Shown here piece after piece: positions 47,676-56,210 of a stretch of 64,000 nt of DNA. Every line of letters begins with the position of its first letter. Position 1 is the stretch's first letter. The position numbers and the translations under genes were made by a program. Source of the stretch: a bacterium (GTDB lineage: Bacteria > Patescibacteriota > Minisyncoccia > JACQLN01); NCBI GenBank assembly GCA_030697795.1, contig JAUYOV010000004.1, forward strand, positions 144,403-208,402. The letters run 5' to 3'. Below the pieces are notes generated by a model. The model did no database searches and had not been told where the DNA came from. It saw only the letters and a program-made list of their open reading frames with translations.

Positions 47676-47906
47676 TCACGAAGTCGGACATCGTGGATGT
47701 TGTAGTCGAAAATGGCAGTATAACAGTACCCTAATGGTAAAACCTATAAACAACAACACTCCACAACCAATCAAGGAGATATTTATCCATCTCACATCAT
47801 CAAACCCTAGACCCAATATCACAAAAGAAAACCCGAAAGCGAGATTACAAAGTGGCGTAGCTACTCCTCCGCCGTCCGTGATAGACCACCACAGAAATTT
47901 TTTCAC
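47676..47906 (-). CDS. small membrane protein between ftsA and ftsZ (GTG start)
   Basis: AAGGAAGG SD 6 nt upstream of the GTG; two hydrophobic helices; locally higher GC. Confidence 0.45.
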   Translation of the reverse strand: MKKFLWWSITDGGGVATPLCNLAFGFSFVILGLGFDDVRWINISLIGCGVLLFIGFTIRVLLYCHFRLQHPRCPTS

Positions 47907-48013
47907 GATACACCTTCCTTTTTTAAGTTAAAGAACTGAAACTTTTAATGGCGCTGGCAAATTTGGGATACACACGACATCAACAAGCTTGCTGTGACGA
48001 TAACACGAACATC

Positions 48014-49243
48014 TTACGGAATCAACTCCGAAAACCAGTCTTTTATTTTTGGCCATAAACCGCTACCCGGCAAAGATTCCATTGTTCTTGGTTTATCTTT
48101 TTTAACCAGCTCATTATCATTCTCGTAAAGAAGAATTCCCACCAGCGTAGCAGTCTCCGGGCTAAAAAGTTCGCTGAAATCAGTTTTAATTTCGCGAGCG
48201 CGTCCAATTTCAATATTTAATTTTAATTTTTTGCGGGCAAGCTCCATCAAGCCATCCATTTTTACGCCACCGCCCGTCAGCACCACGCCCGCCGGCAAAT
48301 TGGGTTTACCCGATTTTTTAATTTCATCGTTAACCATTTCAAAAATTTCGCTGGTACGTGCTTCAACTATTCTAGCCAACTCCCATTTTGGTATAACCGC
48401 ATCGTTGTTCGTCCAATCAGCTAATATAATTTGTTCCCTTCTAGAAACATTGCTAGAAATACAGCAAGCATGTTCCAATTTTATTCTTTCGGAAACTTCG
48501 TACGCCACCTTAAGCCCTACCGCTACATCGTTAGTTATATTACCCGAGCCCACCGGCACCACACCGGCATGTTTTAATTCCGATTCCTCCCAAATAGAAA
48601 CCCCGGTTGTGCCAACGCCAACATCAACTACCGCCACGCCTAGTTCGCGTTGTTTTTTAGTAAGTACCGCCCGGCTAACAGCCAAAGGAGCATAAATAAG
48701 ATTTTCTAATTCTAACCCTGCATCGTGTATAGCTTTTCTGACCAATCTTAAAACAGGCGTAGAACCTAAAACCAAAATAGAATCAACTTCCAGCCTAATG
48801 CCTTTCATGCCCGTAGGATCCTTGGCCTTATCTAGGCCATCTACAGTGTACGAAATAGGAATAGTGTGAACTATTTCCCTATTAGGTGGCAAGGGTACGG
48901 CTCTGGCTGAATCTAAAACCCTGTTAATATCGTCTAGAGAAATTTCACCATCGGCCCTAGAAACAGCAACCGAACCATGAGAACTAATTAACTTAAAATG
49001 AGGACCGCTTAGACCCACCGACAAGCGAGTTATTTTTACATTACCGCTTTTAGAGGCCACTGCTACAGCTTCTTTAATTGATTCTACCGCTTCTTTTATA
49101 TCTATTATCTGCCCCCGCCTTATGCCCCTCGCTAAACTTTCTCCACAACCAATAACTTTTAAATCTTCACCAACTAAAAGAATGCCCACCCTAATTTTGT
49201 GTGAACCCAAATCCAAAGCGGTGATGATGTGTTCTCGTGCCAA
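48014..49243 (-). CDS. ftsA: cell division protein FtsA (TTG start)
   Basis: Actin-fold blocks ALDLGSHKIRVGIL…VVDVGVGTTGVSIWEE; 409 aa. Confidence 0.85.
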   Translation of the reverse strand: MAREHIITALDLGSHKIRVGILLVGEDLKVIGCGESLARGIRRGQIIDIKEAVESIKEAVAVASKSGNVKITRLSVGLSGPHFKLISSHGSVAVSRADGEISLDDINRVLDSARAVPLPPNREIVHTIPISYTVDGLDKAKDPTGMKGIRLEVDSILVLGSTPVLRLVRKAIHDAGLELENLIYAPLAVSRAVLTKKQRELGVAVVDVGVGTTGVSIWEESELKHAGVVPVGSGNITNDVAVGLKVAYEVSERIKLEHACCISSNVSRREQIILADWTNNDAVIPKWELARIVEARTSEIFEMVNDEIKKSGKPNLPAGVVLTGGGVKMDGLMELARKKLKLNIEIGRAREIKTDFSELFSPETATLVGILLYENDNELVKKDKPRTMESLPGSGLWPKIKDWFSELIP

Positions 49244-49306
49244 AGTAGTTTAAAAAATTATCGATTATCAATTTACAACTATCAAATACTAAGCCTAAGA
49301 AAACAT

Positions 49307-49383
49307 CGTCCCGAACAGCATTATGGAGAAGACTATTTATATAATAAAGAGGCTCCATATCGTCTGTGAGGGATGATGTTTTC
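49307..49383 (-). promoter_or_regulatory. 78-nt promoter-like element upstream of ftsA (copy 1 of 2)
   Basis: About 90% identical to 54117-54193; minus-strand reading contains TATATAAAT (-10-like). Confidence 0.4.
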
Positions 49384-49402
49384 TTGAGAAATAGTTTGAA
49401 AA

Positions 49403-49798
49403 CTAGATAAGCTTAACTCCTAACTTTTTCAAAACTGCTTTTTCTAATTCTTCCATTTCCAACTCATCTTTTCGAGCTTCATGATTGTATCCAGCTAAAT
49501 GCAATATACCATGAACGATAAGTCGCGTCATCCATTTTTTTTGTGTAAAACCATACCTTTTTGCCTCCTCCGACACCACAGCTGGGCAAATAACAACATC
49601 ACCAGTTTCGAAACTTAAAACATTGGTCGGTTTATTTTTACCGCGATATTTTTTATTAAGTTCTGCCATTTTCTTTTTAGAAACAAAAACAAGGCCGTAA
49701 TCTGCTACGGTCTTATTTTTTGGTAAACAGGAATTTACCGATTTCAATATTTTATTTTTCTCTATACCAGCATAAGAAAATTTAACATTGCGCTCCAT
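49403..49798 (-). CDS. ybeY: rRNA maturation RNase YbeY
   Basis: HGILHLAGYNHE zinc motif; 131 aa. Confidence 0.8.
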   Translation of the reverse strand: MERNVKFSYAGIEKNKILKSVNSCLPKNKTVADYGLVFVSKKKMAELNKKYRGKNKPTNVLSFETGDVVICPAVVSEEAKRYGFTQKKWMTRLIVHGILHLAGYNHEARKDELEMEELEKAVLKKLGVKLI

Positions 49799-49806
49799 TT
49801 TTGTTT

Positions 49807-50259
49807 CTATTCCAACATTGGTTCAAGTATATTTTTGACTCTATTACCATCAGCCCGGCCAGCGAGTTCTTTAACGGCTAAACCCATTATTCTGCCAAAA
49901 TCTTTTTTAGATTTTGAACCGGCTTCGACCATAGCTTTTTCAATGGCTTTTTTAACATCTTCGTCGCTAGCTTCTGGCGGTAAGAATTTTTTTAAAATTT
50001 CGGCTTCAGCTTCTTCGCTAGCCGCCCTCTCTTTTTCGCCAGCCGATTTAAAAACTGCAGTAGCCTCTAGCCTCTTTTTAAGTTCTGATCTAATAACTTC
50101 TTGAGTTTCCGTTTCGGTTAAACCCTCTTCTTTCTTTTTCTTTTCTATTTCTTTGTTTTGAATAGCCGATTTAAGCATACCCAAAACCGAGCGCTTAAAA
50201 CTATCGCCCGCCTTTAAAGCTTCTTTGAGATCAAAATTTATTTGTTCTTTTAAATTCAT
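49807..50259 (-). CDS. yqeY: GatB/YqeY domain protein
   Basis: KEALKAGDSFKRSVLGMLKSAIQNKEIE typical YqeY N-terminus. Confidence 0.7.
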   Translation of the reverse strand: MNLKEQINFDLKEALKAGDSFKRSVLGMLKSAIQNKEIEKKKKEEGLTETETQEVIRSELKKRLEATAVFKSAGEKERAASEEAEAEILKKFLPPEASDEDVKKAIEKAMVEAGSKSKKDFGRIMGLAVKELAGRADGNRVKNILEPMLE

Positions 50260-50528
50260 TGATAAATATCGTGCGTGCCAACTTCTAAAAACAAAACAGT
50301 GCTGTCGTTAAGAAAAATAAATTTGATTCTGTATTTATGCGTAATGGAAAAAGACCAGCTGTTTTTATCTTTACCGTGAAGCTTATGAGTATTCAACCGC
50401 GAATCAAAAGGGTTTGCCTTAAATATATTTTCCTTTTCTTGAGCTTGATCAACTAAATGTTTGGGCAAACGGCCTAGCTGTCTTAAAAAACGCTTGGAAT
50501 AATTAACGCTTACCTCTTTTCCGAGCAT
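50256..50528 (-). CDS. relE: RelE/ParE-family toxin
   Basis: …HKLHGKDKNSWSFSITHKYRIKFIFLNDSTVLFLEVGTHDIY characteristic C-terminus. Confidence 0.65.
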   Translation of the reverse strand: MLGKEVSVNYSKRFLRQLGRLPKHLVDQAQEKENIFKANPFDSRLNTHKLHGKDKNSWSFSITHKYRIKFIFLNDSTVLFLEVGTHDIYQ

Positions 50529-50760
50529 GAATTTTAAGAGCTTCCTTTAAAGAAGGCGCTGTTATTGTTTTACCCTCGTGATACTCTTTCAATCCATCTT
50601 CCACTAATTTATCCAGCCTTAGCGCTTGTTTGCCTTTCAAATAATAAACCGTCGCTGATTTTTCTAGCAGTTTATGATATTCCTTAAGAGTCATCACTAC
50701 CTTATCACCTTCTATTTTTATTTTATTTTTACTAATGGTAACGCTAGACATATCTGACAT
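50503..50760 (-). CDS. yefM: Phd/YefM-family antitoxin (start set at MSDMSSV; ORF-track extension runs into the palindrome)
   Basis: SVTISKNKIKIEGDKVVMTLKEYHKLLEK…YYLKGKQALRLDKLVEDGLKEY; overlaps the toxin start. Confidence 0.6.
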   Translation of the reverse strand: MSDMSSVTISKNKIKIEGDKVVMTLKEYHKLLEKSATVYYLKGKQALRLDKLVEDGLKEYHEGKTITAPSLKEALKIHARKRGKR

Positions 50761-50820
50761 TATAAACATAAACACCAAAAACTCAAGCGTGACAATAAGA
50801 TGGCCATCCTGAATAAAAAT

Positions 50821-50850
50821 AGCACGAGAATACGATCGTATTCTCGTGCT
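50821..50850. repeat. perfect 30-nt palindrome AGCACGAGAATACGATCGTATTCTCGTGCT upstream of the TA operon
   Basis: Read directly. Confidence 0.65.
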
Positions 50851-50888
50851 AAACAAAATCCTCCAAGCGACAAACTCGCGGAGGATTT

Positions 50889-51146
50889 TTATCTTTTCTG
50901 CTTTATTTTTGACAAATCCATCTTCTCTCCTGGTTCAATTTCGCCCAGCTTACTAAGTTCAGCTCGCAGGCCACGCAGTCTTTCACGGCGCAAAGCGCTA
51001 TTTTTCTTTTTTAGTTTGCTTTTTTGGCGAATGCGAAACCTATTCTGGCGCGCCTTAAGCAAAACGCCACTTTGCCTCACTTTTTTGGTGAAGCGTCGCA
51101 ATAAATTTGGAGTTGATTCTTTATCTTTTTTTCTTAGTTCAATCAT
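50889..51146 (-). CDS. rpsU: 30S ribosomal protein S21
   Basis: LLRRFTKKVRQSGVLLKARQNRF resembles [23 protein letters not shown]. Confidence 0.65.
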   Translation of the reverse strand: MIELRKKDKESTPNLLRRFTKKVRQSGVLLKARQNRFRIRQKSKLKKKNSALRRERLRGLRAELSKLGEIEPGEKMDLSKIKQKR

Positions 51147-51245
51147 AAATATACTAATTTACAAATGTATACGAATTATACTAATGACTTCACGAATATT
51201 TGTAACCTATTCGTATCATTCGCATAGATTCGTATATTGGTATAA

Positions 51246-51578
51246 TTAAGGTAGTTCTACCTTTCCACCTGCCAACAAATGCAAGTGCAAGTGATCTATA
51301 ACCTGCCCGCCATCTCGACCTACATTAAAAACCAATTTATAGCCTAAAATATTCTTATCTTTAGCCACTTCGGCCGCCTTTTTAACTAAACCCATCACCA
51401 CAGGCCACTCTTCCCGACCAACCGCCGAAACCGAATGGATATGCTTTTTAGGCACAATCAGCCAATGTGTCTCGGCTTTGGGCTGAATATCTTCAAAAAC
51501 GACAATCTCATCATCTTCAGCTACGATGTCCGATGATACCTCATGTCGGCAAATTTTGCAAAAGATGCAGTCATTCAT
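51246..51578 (-). CDS. HIT-family (histidine triad) hydrolase
   Basis: HLHLHLL triad; DCIFCKI N-terminus. Confidence 0.85.
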   Translation of the reverse strand: MNDCIFCKICRHEVSSDIVAEDDEIVVFEDIQPKAETHWLIVPKKHIHSVSAVGREEWPVVMGLVKKAAEVAKDKNILGYKLVFNVGRDGGQVIDHLHLHLLAGGKVELP

Positions 51579-52134
51579 GGTTTATGGTCGATAGTTATCA
51601 GTTTTAGTTATTTAGTTTCTGGTTTTAGTTCTGTAAAACTTTAACTAAGAACTAATAAACTGCAACCAGTAACTAATAACTATAAACTAGCTTGTTTGCT
51701 ACCATTAGATAGTAGAATAAAAAATGGTAACGGTCAAAAAAGAATGATGCCTAAACGGAGCTATTGGTAACCCTTCAACTCGCAGACTTGTTCAGGGTAT
51801 TTGTTCAACACTAAGTGTTGAACAAATAAAAAGATCGGAGTTTTATGGCGCCGACCGGCTAAGATACTTCACGGCAATATATGGATCCGAAGCATGGAAG
51901 GAAGCTACGAGCATTTGATGAGGAGAGTGATAAGCCCCGCAAAAACTACCACCACTATCAGAAGGTAATATGCACCATATAATCAGCTTTTAAGCCGTTT
52001 TTTGGCCCCGGCGAGGAGTTTAGTAAACAAGGTCTTGTATAAAATAAGGATATTGCTAACATAAAGCTACTAGGCCTTAGGGCTCCGAGATCCCGCTCTA
52101 TTTATGGAGTGGGATTGAGTTTTATGCGAGAAGA

Positions 52135-53412
52135 TTAACCCTTCAATCTCCTTTTAACTTCCCCCATCAACTTAGCCAAGGGCACGGTTTCTTGAACGCC
52201 CGAAGTCATATCGCGGATAATAATTTCGTTGTCTAACGCTTCTTTCTGGCCCAAAATTAAAGTTAGTTTAACGCCCAGCTTATCGGCATTTTTCATTTGC
52301 GATTTTATAGAATGCTTGCTTATAGACTCCGCCATTAAAACACCCTCTTTTCTAAATTCTTCTAAAATCTTAAGGCTTTTCTTTTTAGCTAGATCCCCCA
52401 GTTGAACCAAAAACAATCTATACTGTGGCCAAGAAGGAATTCTGGCTTTAGCTTCTTTCATTTCCAAAATTATTCTTTCCATACCCGCCGCAAAGCCGAT
52501 AGCTGGAACATTTTTTCCACCCAGCATTTCGGCCAGTCCATCGTATCGGCCACCCGAAGCTAAAGCCGATTGCGAACCTCTTTTTTCTTCTATATAAATT
52601 TCGAAAACAGTTTTATTGTAATAATCCAAACCCCTAACTAAATGTGGATTTAAGTTATAAGGAATATCAAGTTCGTCTAAAAATTCTAACAGCTTTTTAA
52701 AGTGATTGCGGCAATCATCGCAAATAAAATCTAAAATCTGCGGGGCTTTGGCGATGATTTCTTGACAGCCCTCTTCTTTGCAATCTAAAACTCTTAAAGG
52801 ATTAACCTTAGATCTTCTCTGGCAATTAGCACACATTTTTTTAAGATTATTGCGTAAAAAATCTTTAAGCGCTTGGCGATATTTAATTCGGCAGATTTTG
52901 TCGCCTAGACTATTTACTTCGCACACCATATTCTTAAGTCCAAAATCGGCGAGCAAACTCATAGCTATTTGAATCATTTGCGCGTCTATCACAGCATCTT
53001 CCGAACCAATAACTTCAAAACCTAATTGATGAAATTGTCTAAACCGGCCGGCTTGCGGGCTTTCGTGCCTAAACATCGGGCCCATATAAAAAACCTTCAC
53101 CGGTTGGGGCGAAGATTCCCAGCCGTGTTCTAAATAGGCTCGCATTATTGGTGCGGTGTTTTCGGGGCGCAAAGCTAATTCGTCGCCACCCTTGGTTTTA
53201 AGCGTAAACATTTCTTTTTCCACTACATCGCTCGATACCCCTAAACTTTTTTCAAAAACGGCTTGATTTTCTAAAATTGGAGTTTCCACAAAACCAAAAT
53301 CATAAAATTCGGCCATATCAAAAGTCTCACGTCTTATCTTTTCCCAATAAAGCAAATCATCGGGCAGAATATCGTGCATACCGGTTGGGGTTGAGAGTAA
53401 TTGTTTCGCCAT
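52135..53412 (-). CDS. hisS: histidine--tRNA ligase
   Basis: Class II aaRS motifs; N-terminal GMHDILPDD…FVETPILE; 425 aa. Confidence 0.85.
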   Translation of the reverse strand: MAKQLLSTPTGMHDILPDDLLYWEKIRRETFDMAEFYDFGFVETPILENQAVFEKSLGVSSDVVEKEMFTLKTKGGDELALRPENTAPIMRAYLEHGWESSPQPVKVFYMGPMFRHESPQAGRFRQFHQLGFEVIGSEDAVIDAQMIQIAMSLLADFGLKNMVCEVNSLGDKICRIKYRQALKDFLRNNLKKMCANCQRRSKVNPLRVLDCKEEGCQEIIAKAPQILDFICDDCRNHFKKLLEFLDELDIPYNLNPHLVRGLDYYNKTVFEIYIEEKRGSQSALASGGRYDGLAEMLGGKNVPAIGFAAGMERIILEMKEAKARIPSWPQYRLFLVQLGDLAKKKSLKILEEFRKEGVLMAESISKHSIKSQMKNADKLGVKLTLILGQKEALDNEIIIRDMTSGVQETVPLAKLMGEVKRRLKG

Positions 53413-53507
53413 TTTTAGCTTTCTAGCTTGTTAGCTTTCTAGGATATTAGCCTTGAATTTCTTGCTCTTAACTTTCCTAATTCCTAACATCCTAAGAAGC
53501 TAATCTC

Positions 53508-54146
53508 CTAATATATCGGACTCTGTATCGTTCCCGCATTACTAACCGGCCAAACTCTAAACCAAGCCTTGCCTACTATCAAGTGTTTGTAAAGGGGCCC
53601 CCACCGGCGCGAATCCGAAGAAGCATCGCGGTTATCGCCCAAAACAAAATACTCGTTATCGTCCATTTTAATTTTCATATCACCCGGGGTATTTTCTTCT
53701 AAATATTTTTCGCGTAATTCCAGACCCAAAGGATTATCTCGGTTATAAATAACCACTTTGCCATCTTTAACCTCTACCGTTTCTTCCGGCATACCGACTA
53801 TGCGTTTTATATAATACTGACTGGGATCTTGTGGAAATCTAAACACTATAACCTCTCCACGCTTAGGCTTATCAAAACGATAAGATAGTTCGTCTATTAT
53901 TAAATAATCCTTATCGCCAAAAGAAGGATACATAGATTCGCCGCGCACAAAAAACGGCTGAATTATGAAAAAACGAATCGGCAAAATAATAAGCAAAGAA
54001 ACAACCACTATTTTGATTGTCTCCCACAAAAAATCCCCTGTTTCTTTAAAAAAATTGCCCATTTGTACCAAGATAATAGCATTTTTTGTGCTAATAAGCA
54101 AAACTATCAAAAATATCGTTCCGAGCAGCATTATGGAGAAGACCAT
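53508..54146 (-). CDS. lepB: signal peptidase I
   Basis: GESMYPSF (catalytic Ser) … YFVLGDNRDASSDSRRWGP; the predicted N-terminus lies inside the 78-nt repeat, so the real start may be the internal ATG (MLLGT…). Confidence 0.85.
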   Translation of the reverse strand: MVFSIMLLGTIFLIVLLISTKNAIILVQMGNFFKETGDFLWETIKIVVVSLLIILPIRFFIIQPFFVRGESMYPSFGDKDYLIIDELSYRFDKPKRGEVIVFRFPQDPSQYYIKRIVGMPEETVEVKDGKVVIYNRDNPLGLELREKYLEENTPGDMKIKMDDNEYFVLGDNRDASSDSRRWGPLYKHLIVGKAWFRVWPVSNAGTIQSPIY

Positions 54147-54193
54147 TTATACAAATAAAGAGGCTCCATATCGTCTGCGAGGAATGATGTTTT
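54117..54193 (-). promoter_or_regulatory. 78-nt promoter-like element (copy 2 of 2) at the lepB 5' end
   Basis: About 90% identical to 49307-49383; contains TTGTATAAAT (extended -10-like). Confidence 0.4.
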
Positions 54194-54225
54194 GACCACC
54201 AAGCCAATGGTATTTATGTTAAAAT

Positions 54226-55245
54226 TTGAACATGGAAAAAGGTTTTAAAAACTACTGGTATCTAGCAGTGCTTGTTGTTTTTTTGGCTACTGCCAATATT
54301 TGGGTTTTTAATAAAATTTTTTTAGTGGCCGATGCCAGCAAATTACCCCAATTAAAATTTAATGCTTTTTCGGCAGGTTCTTTTGTTTTACAAAAAGATT
54401 CTAAAAGCCCTAGCAATTTTAGTGAAATAAGAAATATTTTGGTTCTGGGCAGATCCGGCGGTAACCATATTGCCCCCGAACTTACCGATACTATATTAAT
54501 TGCGCATATAAACGGCCCGCTTAAAAAAGTAAAAATAATATCAATCCCTAGAGATCTAGCTGTAAAAAATGGTAAAGATGTTTTAAAAATTAATGGGCTC
54601 TATAAAATTGGAAGTGAAAAATCTCCTAGTTATGGACTAGATTTGATCAAAAATAAAGTTGAAGTAATAACGGGTTTAAAAATAAATTCATTTGTTTTGT
54701 TCGATCTAGATACAGTAGAAAAAGTAATAGACGAAGTTGGCGGTTTAAATGTATATGTTAAAGAAGATATTAAAGATACGCACTTTCCAAAAGATAATGG
54801 TGGCTATGAAACATTCAGTTTAAAAAAGGGCTCGCGTTATTTAGATGGCAAAACCGCACTTAAATTTGTAAGAACCCGAAACAGCGCTGGGGGCGATTTC
54901 GACCGTATGGAACATCAGCAAGCAGTTTTAAAAGCCATTAAGGGTAAAGTTCTTTCTTTAAACCCAATATGGGATTTTGCAAAATTGTGGAAAATTTTTA
55001 AAATGGTCCAAGAAAATGTAAAAACCGACCTGACTCTGGGAGATTTAAAAAATATTTGGGCCTTTAGCAAAAATTTAGATTTGGATAAAGTAGAAACTTT
55101 CAGCCTTAACCCAGAAAACGGCTTGGTGGATTCAAAAAAAATGAAATTCGGCAAACAAACAGCCTACGCGCTTACAGCTACACCTAAGCAATTCGATTAT
55201 GCTAATATACAGAAAGCAATAACTAGCTTTATAAATTCTCAATGA
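54226..55245 (+). CDS. LytR-CpsA-Psr (LCP) family cell-envelope phosphotransferase
   Basis: N-terminal TM; RSGGNHIAPELTDTILIAHINGPLKKVKIISIPRDL. Confidence 0.8.
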   Translation: MNMEKGFKNYWYLAVLVVFLATANIWVFNKIFLVADASKLPQLKFNAFSAGSFVLQKDSKSPSNFSEIRNILVLGRSGGNHIAPELTDTILIAHINGPLKKVKIISIPRDLAVKNGKDVLKINGLYKIGSEKSPSYGLDLIKNKVEVITGLKINSFVLFDLDTVEKVIDEVGGLNVYVKEDIKDTHFPKDNGGYETFSLKKGSRYLDGKTALKFVRTRNSAGGDFDRMEHQQAVLKAIKGKVLSLNPIWDFAKLWKIFKMVQENVKTDLTLGDLKNIWAFSKNLDLDKVETFSLNPENGLVDSKKMKFGKQTAYALTATPKQFDYANIQKAITSFINSQ

Positions 55246-55353
55246 CCAATTTACAATTTACAATGAATTTTCAATGATTCAATTATCAAACCCGTTTGAA
55301 AATTGGTTAATTGGAGTTTGATTGAAAATTGGAATTTGAAAATTGAAAATTAT

Positions 55354-55929
55354 ATGAAAATAATTGTAGGCCTAGGCAATCCCGAAGAAAAACAATTAAA
55401 AACCCGTCATAATGCGGGTGAGTTTTACTTGTCTAAATTACGTAACGCTTGGAGCGAAAAAGATTTTAGCGAAGGCAAAAATGCTTTGTGGTTGGAAACA
55501 AAGGCCAATGGTAAAAAAGTATATTTGATTTTCCCCAACGAGATGATGAATAATTCGGGTATTAGTTTAAAAAAAACGCTGGCTCAATTAAAACTAAAAC
55601 CCAAACCTACCGATATTTTAGTTATACACGACGATTTAGATATAGAACTCGGCCGAATAAAAATGAGTTTTGCTCGTTCCAGCGCCGGCCACAATGGAGT
55701 AAACTCTATAATTAAAAACTTAAAAACAGACAAATTCTGGCGTTTAAGAATCGGCATTGGTTTAAAAAAGAAGCCAGATGGAAAAAAGTTAATAGATTTT
55801 ATTCTAAAAAAATTCTCCCCGAACGAGGAGAGAGTGCTTAATAAAAACTTTAAAGATATTTTGCCCGCTCTAGAAATATGGCTCACCAATCCTGCGCGAG
55901 CTATGAGCGAGATAAACAGCCAAAAATAA
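55354..55929 (+). CDS. pth: peptidyl-tRNA hydrolase
   Basis: MKIIVGLGNPEEKQLKTRHNAGE…; HNGVNS. Confidence 0.85.
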   Translation: MKIIVGLGNPEEKQLKTRHNAGEFYLSKLRNAWSEKDFSEGKNALWLETKANGKKVYLIFPNEMMNNSGISLKKTLAQLKLKPKPTDILVIHDDLDIELGRIKMSFARSSAGHNGVNSIIKNLKTDKFWRLRIGIGLKKKPDGKKLIDFILKKFSPNEERVLNKNFKDILPALEIWLTNPARAMSEINSQK

Positions 55930-56156
55930 AAGCCATCGCACCGCGATGGCTTTTTGATATTCGGCAGGCGCCTAAAGGATAACTGTGAGTTTCTCATACT
56001 CCTCAAAACCCATCACACGCTCACAATCCTTGGCGATTTTTTTTAATTCATAGGCTTTTCAAACGGGTGTTTTTTGGTACTCAATTTTTTAACCCGCCTG
56101 TTTTGCCGCCTGCCTTGATTTTCTAGCATAAAAACGAACTATGTGTAGTATATCAC

Positions 56157-56185
56157 CTTGACATTCTGTTGTCAAGAGGCTATAT
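56157..56185 (+). promoter_or_regulatory. sigma70-like promoter for the efflux operon
   Basis: TTGACA-17 nt-TATATT read directly. Confidence 0.5.
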
Positions 56186-56210
56186 TGGCTTGGCAATAAA
56201 TCCAGCAAGT

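Noticed and set aside
53413-53507. T-box leader upstream of hisS
   Set aside because: The spacer is only about 95 nt, has no T-box consensus (AATTAGGGTGGNACCGCG), and is filled with TAG-heptamer low-complexity repeats.
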